This document shows, one piece after another, positions 11,934 to 23,430 of a stretch of 64,000 bases of DNA. A model generated the notes under the pieces. That model saw only the letters and a list, made by a program, of their open reading frames with translations, did not search any database and was not told where the DNA came from. A program made the translations under genes and the position numbers. Source of the DNA: Isurus oxyrinchus (Eukaryota); NCBI GenBank assembly GCA_026770705.1, contig JANJGN010000026.1, forward strand, positions 36,518,001 to 36,582,000, written 5' to 3'. Every line of letters starts with the position of its first letter. Positions within the stretch are counted from its first letter, which is position 1.

Positions 11934-12412
11934 ATGGGAATCCTCCTTGTTTTCACCCTGTGTGTCTGTATACCCCGTGAGTACCGATCAAACAAACCGA
12001 CATGTTGTGGGTTTAATATAAAGCTGCTCGAGTCCATCCCAATTACAGACAATGTCTGCGGGTTTAACCCCGCTCCGTGGTTCGGCTCTGATGGTCCATT
12101 ACACTCTCTCTGTTTAATTTCCAGGCTCTTTCAGTCAGTCAGTGACACAGACCCCAGCAGCGGTGACCAGGAAGGAGTGTCAGTCTCTCACCATCACCTG
12201 TGTTTATTATGGTTATTATTATTTACAAAATGAACATTTCTTCAAACAAACCCAGACCGGGACAGAGTGGGAACGGATCTCCAGCGGGGAGAGATTTGTT
12301 GTGTCGGTGAATAAAGCAGGAAAGACATTTTCACTGGAAATTCGGGATGTGAGAGTTGAAGACACCGCCAACTATTACTGTAAAGCTCAGTACAGGTACA
12401 ACATTGGTTAAT
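11934..12412 (+). CDS. NAR-TCR V gene segment (IgNAR-like V); leader exon 11934-11976, V exon 12125-12412
   Basis: Leader MGILLVFTLCVCIP ends at a GT donor with a phase-1 AG acceptor. The V reads QSVTQTPAAVTRKECQSLTITC..FFKQTQTGTEWERISSGERFVVSVNKAGKTFSLEIRDVRVEDTANYYCKA. This is an IgNAR-type framework lacking CDR2, with an extra FR1 Cys. Confidence 0.92.
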
Positions 12413-12440
12413 CACAGAGGAAAAGGCCTGAACAAATAGC
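12413..12440 (+). other. RSS of the NAR-TCR V, best read as 12-spacer
   Basis: CACAGAG-GAAAAGGCCTGA(12)-ACAAATAGC, a 7/9 match to ACAAAAACC. Confidence 0.65.
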
Positions 12441-12754
12441 TCCGTACAATTAAAATATATATTCTCCGGGCCCAGATAGTGAATTGTCGGGTTGATGTTA
12501 TCATCGCTGGAGTCTGATTACATTTTATTGTAATTTCCACCATTCCATTATCTTTCTTTGATATTTGTCTCGGTTAATATGAAGCGAACATCTCGTTCCC
12601 TGGACCAGTTACTCAGCGCTCAGGGCCTCACAAAGCACAGTGTGAGCCGGCAGACATTTTGAAACATTGAATATTGTTTATTTTTTTCAATCCGCTGAAT
12701 ATATGGCAGTTTCTACTGTCTGGTGATGATTTCCCGCCAGGTTAAGTTGTCGGT

Positions 12755-12793
12755 GGTTCTTGTGCCGGGGAGACTGAGAGCAGTGTTACTGTG
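12755..12793 (-). other. 23-RSS of the NAR-TCR J
   Basis: GGTTCTTGT(12755-12763)-23 bp-TACTGTG(12787-12793). Confidence 0.88.
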
Positions 12794-12846
12794 GTGGAAA
12801 TGTGATTCTGTGGATGGATCCGGTACGATGTTGACTGTCATAGCCG
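12794..12846 (+). CDS. NAR-TCR J gene segment
   Basis: WKCDSVDGSGTMLTVIA carries the IgNAR-type DGxGT motif and ends at a phase-1 G|GTAAGT donor. Confidence 0.9.
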
Positions 12847-13499
12847 GTAAGTGACTCCAGCCACCCTCCCCCTCACACCTGTTGCGGCCTGTCCTAGCTA
12901 ATGTTCACCCGCTGCTTTTTATTGTGATCAGTGTCAGTTCAGTCCCACGAAAAGGAAAACAGATGGTTTTCATAAGGAAACCTCTCTGTTGGCTTTTTCG
13001 ATTTGGGGGCAGAATATTATTCAGGAGCCAGGTCGAATGTCTAGGTGAAACTATGTGTGAGATCTGTCGGACTAGGCGGTCAACGGGATCAGGGTGGGTG
13101 GAGGATGGAGTGTGGGGACGTGGGGGACGGGATTTTAGGTTTGGAGGAGCATGAGGGTTCGCTGCATCTGAACCATTATTAGTTTCACTGGTACATCGGG
13201 GGCCATCAATCCCTCTGATTCACAATTCTAATCATTTGTAAGTTTGGAATTGCTGACATTTATCTCTTTTGAATGTAGATTTTTGAGATACTGGATTGCT
13301 TTAATTTATCTGTATCTGTGATTTCTGCAAATTAAAACAACACAGAGCAGTGGGAGAGTGAGGATGATGCACTAAACTGCTAGAAGGGAACAGGAACATA
13401 AGAGAACAATAATCATCGAAATCAAGAGAAAGGTTGGATGATTTCTGGGGGCCGTTCAAAATTCTTCCTGGCACGAGGGTGGGGGGTGAGGTTTATGGA

Positions 13500-14545
13500 G
13501 GGACAGGCTGCAATGGGTCCAGTCTGGAATGCTAGGTAAACGCTTGGCCTCTTTGTTAGGGAAAGATCTAAATCCTTTGGAGTGAGTGCAACAAAGTTTC
13601 ATCAGACTGATTGCTGAGATAAAGTCTTACGAGAAGAGATTGAGTTGTCTGGGTCTATATTGCCCCGGGTTTCGAGGAATTGAGATGTAATCTCATTTGA
13701 AACATGTAATATGGAAGACAGGGCAGATTCCCGGTGGATGTTTCCCAAGGCTGGTAAGTCTATAACTATGGGTCAAAGTTTCAGAATAAACATTCGGCCA
13801 TTAGAACTCAGAAGAGGAGAAGTCAAACCATTGTTGTGAGTCTGTACCTCAGAGAGCTTTGGATACTCAGTGCTGACTGTACTTAGGACGGTATTCGATA
13901 GATCTTTGGATACTAAAAGAATGAAGGGATATGGGGGCACTGCTGTAATGTGATTTTGAGGATGGAGATCAGCGACGATGTTATTGAATGGCAGAGCAGG
14001 TTTGAAAGGTGCTATTGCGGCCTCTCCATCTCTTTGTTAGGTTCTCTGCTTTGATTTCTTACATTCCTGAGAAATGCAATCAGCAACACTCCATGTCTCT
14101 CTAGAACGATTGAACAGGCTGGGCCACTTTTCATTGTAAAAGAGGAAACCGAGGAGATATCAGAGAAACCTTTTAATTATGAATGTGTTCAATCGGGTGG
14201 ATGTGGAGCAACTGGTAATTTGTGGCTGAGTCCAGAGCAATAGGAGATTATTATAAGGTAGCCACTAATTGAACATAAAGGCATTAAGAAAAATGCATTT
14301 GCATGAACACGTGTCAGAATGTGGAACTGGAGGTCACATGGAGTGGCTGGAGCAGAGAGCATTGATAGATTTATGGGAAGACTTCAAAATACAAGAGGAA
14401 GAGCGGAATAAACAGGCAGAAGGATGTGGACCGAATTGGTCATTTAGATTTCGGGCAGGAAGGGCTGGTTTGGAGTGTAAACATAGGCATCAATCAATTA
14501 GGCCGAATGGCCTGTTCCTCTTCTGCAGATTGTGTATAATGTAAA
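13500..14545 (+). mobile_element. Two degraded CR1-type LINE 3' fragments in the J to supporting-V intron
   Basis: Similar to the CR1 3' ends at 35810-36345 and 39390-40470. Confidence 0.65.
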
Positions 14546-15460
14546 ACCTTCGAGAATACTCCGCTCAGAGAACCAGGGACAGAATCAGTCAATGAGCGGA
14601 AAGAATTGAAATTGTCAGAGAGCCGGAAGAGACAGCTCCCAGTGAGTAACAGGGAAACCACTGCGGAAACTGAACAGACTGATCCCAACCGACAACTGAG
14701 AGAGATTGGGACAAGTTCCCACGATTGCAAAAAGCGCAAACAGCACATTAACGTAAAATAAAGTGAGAGTAACTGTAAATATTTCAAATTAAAAGGACAC
14801 GGAAAAATTTGGGCCCTCATGTTAGATGAATATAGAGAAACAGATCAAAAAGTTGATAGAAACTCCCGAGCAGTGGTCAACTCCAGCAAATGATTAACCT
14901 TTGACCACCTATGTTCACTATCGGTTTGGCCCAATCAGTGCTGATGAATCTCATCAAGTTATTATGGATCTTGCTTTGATGCTAAACAGTTCGGTTAGTC
15001 TCGGGCAATCATTTTGGAAACTGATTGCTTCGCTGATAATAAAATGTTCCTTCTGGAAAAATAGAAACAGAAATGTAATATACATTACATGCTGCACTGC
15101 TGTTGAAATCCGGTCCATCCTGTCGGTGCTGCCCCTCTAAAAATGCAACCCAATTATCCCCACTACTCTCTTTCCCCGTAGCCCTGTGTTTTTCCATGTT
15201 CCAACATTTATCCATTACTCGTTTGGAAAACACCCTTAACCAGTTTCACCGTCTGTTCAGACAATGCATGCCAAATAGTAAGAACTCGCTCTGAAACACA
15301 AAATAACACCTCATCCTTTCACTGCTTCATATTTCAATAACAGTGAATGAAGTTAAAGCAGGTTATAAATTAAACAAACTCACCCAAAACCAGAGCATCT
15401 ACTGCGATTAACAACTTTCCCAGTCTCTAAATAGATTAAGATCAAATTTTTCTCCTGCAG

Positions 15461-15766
15461 ATTCCAGTTCCATTGTATCCCAGAATCCGCCTGTCCAAAC
15501 CTCTGCTGTGGGTGACACCGTTACTTTAAGCTGTGAGTATTCAGGTGTCTGTCAGTACACAGTACACTGGTACCATCAGTCCCCAGGACAGGCTCCGGAT
15601 TATTTGCTTCAGAGACATGCTTCAGGAGAAGAGGATAAAGAAAACACTGTTGGGGGGAGAAGTTCTGCTTCTATCGATCCTGCCGAGAAAATCAGCCGGT
15701 TAAATATCTCCAAACTACAACTGAGCGATTCCGCTGGGTATTACTGTGCACTGAGTCAGCGCACAG
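15461..15766 (+). CDS. Leaderless supporting TCR Vdelta of the NAR-TCR cassette
   Basis: The acceptor TTTTCTCCTGCAG is in phase with the J donor. The open exon reads SSSIVSQNPP..TVTLSCEYSGVCQYTVHWYHQSPGQAP..SDSAGYYCALSQRT, with a CDR1 Cys. No leader exon was seen upstream. Confidence 0.92.
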
Positions 15767-15915
15767 CACAGTGATACAGAGCACGGAGGGTGCCATACAA
15801 AAACCTGAACATGGAGGGATTAGACACAGTGATAAAGAACAGGGAGAGAGCTGTACAAAACCTGAACATGGTGGGATTACAGACATACAATGACACAGAG
15901 TGCAGGGATATTGGG
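15767..15915 (+). other. Tandem 23-RSS array (two complete units and one degenerate)
   Basis: CACAGTG(15767)-23-ACAAAAACC, then CACAGTG(15825)-23-ACAAAACCT, then a degenerate TACAATG at 15886. The linker TGAACATGG(A/T)GGGATTA is repeated. Confidence 0.9.
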
Positions 15916-16055
15916 AACTCAAACATTATTCACGAACATTTTCTCAAAGGTTGTCCGCATTTTACCGCACAGGATAAAGTGCTTAAACTGATCAGGTCTG
16001 CATTTCCTTCTCGCTCCTCCCACCCTTGAATTTTCCTCTCTGCCCAATGCTCCTG

Positions 16056-17278
16056 TGAATATACTTCATGAAATTATTTCACATTCTCACACTCCATTAT
16101 TTCCCATGAATCGGTATTTTACCGATTCATAATAACTCAAGTGAGTTTATTGCCACCTTTTTCTACGGGGACCGGGAGATTTTTTTCTCTCTCTTGTTTG
16201 GTCCAGTCCGCCTTTTACCGATTGAGTTGATAAGAAGTCACCGCCTCCTGTGATTTCCCGGATTCTGCCTACGATCGGCTGAGAGATTCTCTCAACTCAA
16301 CAAGACATTTACTGTCTGTTGGAACCGAAAACTGGGGCACCTCTCGACTAGAAAGGATTTAGATCCAGACATGTAAGATAGCATCTCCCACAATTGAGCG
16401 TAGCTGGGAGTGGCCTCTATCTGTGACACGGACCGCTCTGCACTCGGGACAAACGGACCACACATGAGGACTGGAACAACACAGCCTCTTACAATCGGCC
16501 TGTTCTATTTCAATCAACCGCCGCAGCCGCGCAGCGGGTTACCGGCCTCAAACATGACCGAAATCAAGTTTTATGAAGCTGATCAATGATTTCCCCATAA
16601 TGGATGACGTCAAAATGCCTTCTATCAGTCACAGCCCATGTTTCACCCAATCAACCAGGGCCAGGGGGTCGGGGACCGGTGGGTGGGGGAACAGCCGGGT
16701 GTGGGGCGCCTCCAGCTCAGCTGATAGCCTGGGCATAAGAGTGGAGGCTATTTGACTAAAGGATGTAATCAGGAGCGAAATGGTGCTGGACAAATAAATT
16801 ACAACTGTTTCAAAGTCTGGATTTAGCTCAGTTTAGGGCCCCATTGTTCATAATTGATATTAGAACATGCCTGGAGGCCGGATGTTACGTCACTATCCGT
16901 GTTCTCCTCTGTCTCCCCTGAGCAATTAGAGCTGCTCCGTCTGGTCTCACGACCTTCTCCCATTCCTCACTTAGATCAAGGGGGCGCTAATAAGATGATT
17001 TTGACCAGGTTCTCTCTTTCACCTGGTGACTCCTGTAAAGGGTACAAAGATATGAAGTCGAGGTAACTCTTTTTAGGCGAGGCCCCCAGAAGAAGTCCAG
17101 AATAAGCGTTGTCCACAAGTTGTTCATGCCCTGACAAGGTGTCTCAGGGAGTCTCCCAATGTGGTTCACTTCACAGGTGCAGCAACAATGAGCATGAAAG
17201 GGTGACCCCCTGTCAGTGGCGAGCGTCCCTTTAAACTGCGCTTGCAATTAACACCAAGATCGTGTTTTTTCCCCATCA
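16056..17278 (-). mobile_element. Probable solo LTR
   Basis: TG..CA ends with CCTG on both sides (16052-16055 and 17279-17282) and a minus-strand AATAAA at 16146-16151. An alternative left boundary at 16251 is also preceded by CCTG. Confidence 0.6.
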
Positions 17279-17399
17279 CCTGGACTCTGTTGGAGAGTGC
17301 TTTACTTGAAGAATTTGCACCAACCGCTGTGCAGCATCTTTAAGTAAAGCGAGCAGGCATTTTTGCAGCCTCACTGCGGCTCCCAGCTCTGACTTCAAC

Positions 17400-18015
17400 T
17401 TCTTTATCGACATTACCTCGTGACCCCGAGTTCCATACTCCTCAGTCTGGAGAAACTTCCACCCAGTATCTGCCCTGTAAAGCCCCTGAAGAATACTATT
17501 TGTGTTCATGAGATCACCTCTCATCCTCTTAAACTCTAGGGATTATAGGCCCGGGCTACTCAATCTCTTCCCATTGGACAATCCATTCATCTCAGGAATC
17601 AGCCTGATGCACCTTTGCTGCACTCCTTCCAAAGCATCTTGATCTCTCTTCTGTAAGGACACCAAAACTTTACACAGTATTTCAGACTGGAGTCCATTTC
17701 AGTCCTCCCCTGCATAAAACTCACCCAGCATCCTGGGGTCGGATTGCACTTTGAAAGGCGGCCAGAGATCATCCAATCCTTTTCTCCCTTTGGACGAGCT
17801 ATTTCTTGCTGGTTGTCAATGATCATGCACCAGTTTCTAATTGTTCCCTTATGTTCATGTTCTCCTTTATAAGATTAATGCATCATCCTTATTCTCTCAC
17901 TGCACTATGTTGTTTCCATTAACATTAATCAGGGATACAGATAAATTACAGCAATCCCAACTCTCAACATCTGCTTTAAAATAGAGAGAAGTGTCTGCAG
18001 TTCCAAACTTTCACG
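17400..18015 (-). repeat. Diverged inverted copy of 13235-13800 (unique sequence plus CR1 fragment)
   Basis: For example, AAGTTTGGAA.TGC.GACA..GATTGCT.TAATTTATCTGTATC is shared in opposite orientation. Confidence 0.75.
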
Positions 18016-18294
18016 TTTCAGCCTGAGGGCTGAAAAGGAGGAGAGTGATTGGTTCTACGAAGACAATTGAAAGATATGGCGGGGACAATGTCGCTAATTT
18101 CAGTCATTGATTGTCCAATAATAAAATTCCATATTTACCCACATCAGGATCACTTATATCTGAAGTCCGTTGTGTCACTGTCCCGTTTTTCTCCCGGGTC
18201 AGGTATTGAACAAGCCACTGCAGGTATCCAAACTTGCCGCAAGTGTGTTGAGTTTATTCACCTGGTGCCTCATTCACATTGTACGGCTTGAGAG

Positions 18295-18600
18295 ACTTGC
18301 AGCTGTTAACCGTTTACACTGTTCAGTTTCTGAATTCCAAACAGAACGGTTAAACGAGTGGTTTCTGCAGTGCGGCCGCCGACAGCTCGAAGACCGTTGA
18401 TCAGCGGAACCGGTTTTAGTCACGTTGAAATCACACAATGGGACAAAATTAAAACACAATTTGCTGGAATTCAGAAATTGAACCGGATTTTATAGAATGA
18501 GCTGTTGGCTCTCCCTCTCTCTCTCTCTCTTTGCCTGTCTATTTCTCCCTGCCTCTATATGTTTCCTTCTTTCCCTGTCTCTGTCTGGGCCTCTCTCCCT
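18295..18600 (+). repeat. Non-coding block duplicated at 22865-23165
   Basis: GCAGCTGTTAACC..CACAATGGGACAAAATTAAAACACAATTTGCTGGAA..GGATTTTATAGAATGAGC occurs in both copies, followed by a CT-rich tract. Confidence 0.85.
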
Positions 18601-21600
18601 TTGTCTATTGCATTCTCCTACCCTTTCTAAATTTCTGTCTTTGTTGTTGTGTCTCTCAGTTGTCTCTCGCAATCTCTCTCTCTCTCTCTCTCTCCCTCTC
18701 TCTCTCCCTCTCTCCCTCTTTCTCTCTCAGCCCCTCCCGTCTCTCTCGCACACACACTTTCTGCTCTCTGCGTCAATCTTTGTCTCCATCCTGTGACTCT
18801 TTCTGAGTGTCTCGGCATATTTTCCTCCTTTTCTCTCCCTCATCTCTCACTTTCTCTCTTTCATTCTACTTTCCTTGGCTTTCATGCTCTACTTTCATTG
18901 GTTCCAATCGAAAGTGTCACTTTTCCCTTTTTTGTTCAGAATCCGAAATATTCGCAAACTTGACTTTCTGTCAATAAAACGTATTAACTTTGGATGCAAA
19001 TTTACAGCCGGAAAGCGTCAGTTTCTGATTCTCGTGCTGTCAGAGGTGAAGATTCAGTTTTCACAAAATGAACTCCCACCATTCAGGTTATATGGCAGCC
19101 TAGCGATATTTTCCGTACAGTGCCTATATCGGTTTGTATCACTGAATATTCAGCACACAATAAAACATCCCACTGTCACTCAGTTCTAAATCTTTCAGGA
19201 TTAAACTGAAAAAACGATCTGATACCCGGAGTGTTGAATAGATTCGGCCGCCCACACGCTCTGCTTACTGCCCTCCCTCTGAATTCATTTTGATTTTCAG
19301 TGTCAGCGCCTTCTCGTTTCTTTGGTGCCAGAAAAGATCATATCGGCGGCGACCTGTGGAGTTTCAACAGGGCAATACCATTCATCCTTTCTCCAAACAT
19401 GATACTGATGATGCAGGTTGCTTAATTGTATTTGAATAGTACAGACTTTCGAATAGTCAATGAACAGAAGACAAATGGATGTTTAGATACTGGAGGCAAC
19501 AATAAATCCTCGTTCCATTCCTTCATCGCACCAACATTGTATGAGGCCATTCAGCTCATCGTGTCAGTGTAGCCTCTTTGGCAGAGGCACCAAATTGTTC
19601 GCACTTCACTGTTCACCCTGCTTTGTCTTGCAAAGGTTTCCATTTCAAGTAGTTACCCAATTACGTTTTTGACATTTGTTATTGAAACTGCTTCCACCAA
19701 CCTATCCGGCAGTGCATTCCACAACTCAACAACTTAGAGTGCAAATAAATGGCTGCTCAGGTTGCCTTTGATTCTTTTGCGAATTAATTCAAATCCAAGT
19801 TCTCTGATTACCGAGATTTCCGCCGGTGGATGCAACTTCCCTTATTTATTCAACTAAAACAGTTCATAATTGTTAATATCTCCATCGCATGTCCTCTCAA
19901 TCGTTTCTGTTCAACACAGAACAACCGCAGATTCTCAAGTCGCTACACAAAGCTATAGCCTCTCATCAGTTGAAGCTTCCTAATAAATCTCTCCCGCACC
20001 TTCTGCAAGACCGTCAAATCATTCATCAGGTGTGGTTCACATATTTATACACAACAGTCCAACTGAGAACTTAACAGCTTTCTAGAAATGTTTAGCAAAG
20101 CATCCTAATCCTATTGATAAAATCAAGAATTTAAATTCTTTTTTACAGCAGTCCCAGCCTCCACTACCAACTTCAAACGTTTGTGCACTTTGCAAAGTCT
20201 CCATCTCTCTGTTCCGACAGCGCCAATGAACTTGCATCATTATGTTCATATCGGATATCCTCATCACCTTCAGGCATGAAGAAAGTCAAACAGATAGGTG
20301 AGCAAAAAGTATCTGGAGAGGTGCAGAAGGGCTAACTGCAAGATACAGAACCATATGTAGATAACTGTTGAATACCTTTAACAGAATGCACATCACTTAA
20401 CTTGCTGGGATTGGGGGGTCTGGTGGTTGGGGGTTCCAAACAATTACATATTGTGTGGAGTCAGGATGTCACATCGGAAAGACAGGGATAGTTTTTTTGT
20501 ACGGGCCTCTCGTTGTCTGGTGACGTTCTGTTTCCTAGAACCTAGCTATCCACAGTGCTGTCAGACAACTTCGCCTAGTGAATGGTTAAATGGACCGTTC
20601 TTGCAGCTTTATGTAAGGTAGCACATATCACATGCTTCCCAAAGATGTTTGTAATGACTTGGCAGGCCTGGATGTGTGCCAGACGGACCAAACCCACAAG
20701 GGAAACTTGGCCACGTTATCACAGTTTTGCAATTTGTTTTTATTCCGAGAAGTTTTGTGCACTGAATTCAGAAGTAATGAGCCTACTGGAACTTTTAGAG
20801 ATTTTTTAAAAACCATATTTAAACATATATTAACAACAGGAAATATTTCAAACACACACACATACGTTTAGAGTTGCTGAGTACTATAACAAATATCAAA
20901 CTTCCTAATTTACCTGATTTCAACCTGCACACACCTATTGGGGAAATATTCTAAAATAGATTTTAAATTAAAATAAATACAAGCAAGCAAGGTTAGCAAA
21001 GGACACACTCGACAGCAGAATTCCAAAGGCTTTTACCCAACTTTAGCTCCTCGACACAGTTGACGTTTGGTCACATGGTTAGAAGCTTCCCCAAGGCTAT
21101 TTCACACACTCCTGTTAAATCTTACATACTTCCTGAAACACGGGCCCCATTACCTCAGTGGGTTGAATGATTGTGAATATCGGTGTCAAGCAGATGAAAG
21201 GCAGCATGTTATCAGATTAAGAAACACACCAGCAACAGAGGCTCAGGCCCACAGCAAAAACTTCATAAATCCTGAACAATATGGTATTGGGCACAATCCA
21301 CCCTCCGAGTGAACAGTGGAGTTACATGAGTCAGCCACCTGAAAAATTCAAAGGAATTTAAATCTCTGCGATCCATGTGTGGAAATGGCAGCTTCGATGA
21401 CAGGCTGACAAGTTGTTCGACATATGTCAATTTCCATTACCCCCCGAATCAACATCACTGAAGCAGATCACCAGGTCATTATCACCTTGTTCTTTGTGGG
21501 AGCTTGAGGTGGTAAATTGCCTGCCATGTTTCCCACATAAAGACACTCCAAAGCCTTCTTTGGTTGTAAAGTGCTTTTTAAAGTTCTGATGTCATGAAAG

Positions 21601-23199
21601 GCACTGTATAAATACATGTTCTTCTTTCCTTATTGTTCTTGAGAGGCATTTTGAGAATCAGAGCCAGAAGATGGGGTTGAGTTCTTTATACTAAGTGCAG
21701 TGTTAAACGTTACAATAAAACTCACCATCTGGACTCTCTCTCCCTCTGTATTTTACTCTCTTTGTGTATCTTTGTGTCACTCTCTAGCTCTTTATTTCCA
21801 TAACTCTATCTCTGAATTGTTGTGTGTCTTGAAGGAAGTTGAAGAAAGAAATATGCAGACAAATTAAGGAATTTAGTAACAAACAGATTAATAATAATGG
21901 GGCTTGCGCAACGTAGTATTACGTCAGTAGAAGAAGTATGTAAAGGGGCTAAGGGAATTGAGTTCCCACAGTGTGCACTGTTGTCTTTATAAAGCAAAAT
22001 GCAAATAAAAAAGAAAGGCAAGGTAACGGCGAATGAAACTGATCAGGGTGAGAAGTAAAGGCAGTGGAGCATCTAGGCATTGATGACTATAACAAAATAT
22101 GCTCCAAGATGAGGATAGGGATTAATAAAATTTTGAGGGAAACCAACTAACCATCTGGTTGATTGAACGCTAGGCAATTCCAGTGAAGCGGGATGGTCGA
22201 GTGATTGAGGTAATGGGCATAAAATAGAATAAATGAATGCTCACGTGCAATTGAACTCCATTCCTGGGAGTTTGTTTATCAGTGCTGCTCCTACTTTTGT
22301 TGATTAAAGAAAATGGAGGTAAGGTACTGAAGTTGATGGACAGAGCAACAATTCTCTTAGTAAATGCGGAGCAAGCTCGAGGTGCTGAATAGCCTCCTTC
22401 TGTTCGTGTACGGAAATATTATGTCTTCAGATGCAGAGGTTAAGTTTGTCCCAGGGAGAGAGATGCAGAGAGGGGGACCGAAAAATAGAATGTTGGGCTG
22501 ACAGGGAAATAACAAGCAATTTATTTAAAGCAAAAAGAAATTTTGGCACAGCGTGTGACAATGACAGATAAGTTCAGGGGTTTAAAAGACGCTCTTGGAA
22601 AGTCAGTTGTTGAAGACGATTGGGATTTAATTGGGGCAACTGAAGGCAATTGGGATTAAAACCATTAAATACTGTAGTGATAAACAAAACAATGTTGTAG
22701 AATTGGCGGGTATATGAACTCCTCGTATTTCTGTCTTACATCTCCCCATCGTTTAGCAGATTAATAAAAACAACTAATAAATAGTGGAGGTGAGTGGGGA
22801 TGTTAGAGACTACCGCTCTGAACTACCACATTTTCTAACCACCTAGCCTCAATGCCTGAGGGACGTGCAGCTGTTAACCATTCTCACTGTTCAGTTTCCC
22901 CAGTTCTAAACAGCAGTTAAACGACCGGTTTCTGTACTGCGGTCGCTGACAGTTCGATGTCCGTTGCTCAGCAGAACCGGATTTAGTCAGACTGAAATTG
23001 CACAATGGGACAAAATTAAAACACAATTTGCTGGAAATCAGAAATTGAACCGAAGGATTTTATAGAATGAGCGGCGGGCTCTCTCTCTCTCTCTTTGACT
23101 GTCTCTGTTTCGCCCTGCCTCTATATCTTTCTGTCTCTGTCCTCGTCTGCCCCTCTCTCCCTTAGACTAACAGTTGCGTCAAATCTGGGTGTGATTTAC

Positions 23200-23430
23200 A
23201 GGGACATTATAGAGGGAGCTTTACTCTGGATCTAACCCCGTGCTGTACCTGTCCTGGGGGTATTTGATGGGGACAGTATGCAGGAAGCTTTACTCTGTAT
23301 CTAACCCCGTGCTTTACCTGCTCTGGGAGTGTTTGATGTGGATGTTATAGGGGAAGCTTTATTCTGTATCTTTCCCCGTGCTGTATCTGCCCTGGGCTTC
23401 TTTTTGACAACGTAGAGGGAGCTTTACTTC
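23200..23430. repeat. ~60-bp tandem repeat (AGAGGGAGCTTTACTCTGTATCTAACCCCGTGCTGTACCTG...)
   Basis: About 3.5 units here, and a more degraded array at 47075-47285. Confidence 0.85.

Noticed and set aside
12413-12454. Reading the NAR V RSS with nonamer ACAATTAAA
   Set aside because: This gives a 26-bp spacer and a poorer nonamer. It is kept only as the alternative to the 12-spacer reading.
12636-12644. CACAGTG(TG) between the NAR V and J as a D-segment RSS
   Set aside because: No acceptable nonamer at 12 or 23 bp on either side, and no partner RSS. At most it is a relic.
15767-15915. CRISPR-like repeat-spacer appearance (also 5449-5713 and 3500-4045)
   Set aside because: Vertebrate DNA with no cas genes. 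The 'spacers' are homologous to each other, so these are tandem duplications.
18412-18440. GGTTTTAGT..CACAATG as a J/D RSS
   Set aside because: The heptamer orientation is wrong for that nonamer, the spacer is 13, and no J motif follows.
20612-21325. TGTAA..TTACA-bounded LTR-like segment
   Set aside because: No matching target-site duplication was found, so the boundaries cannot be supported.
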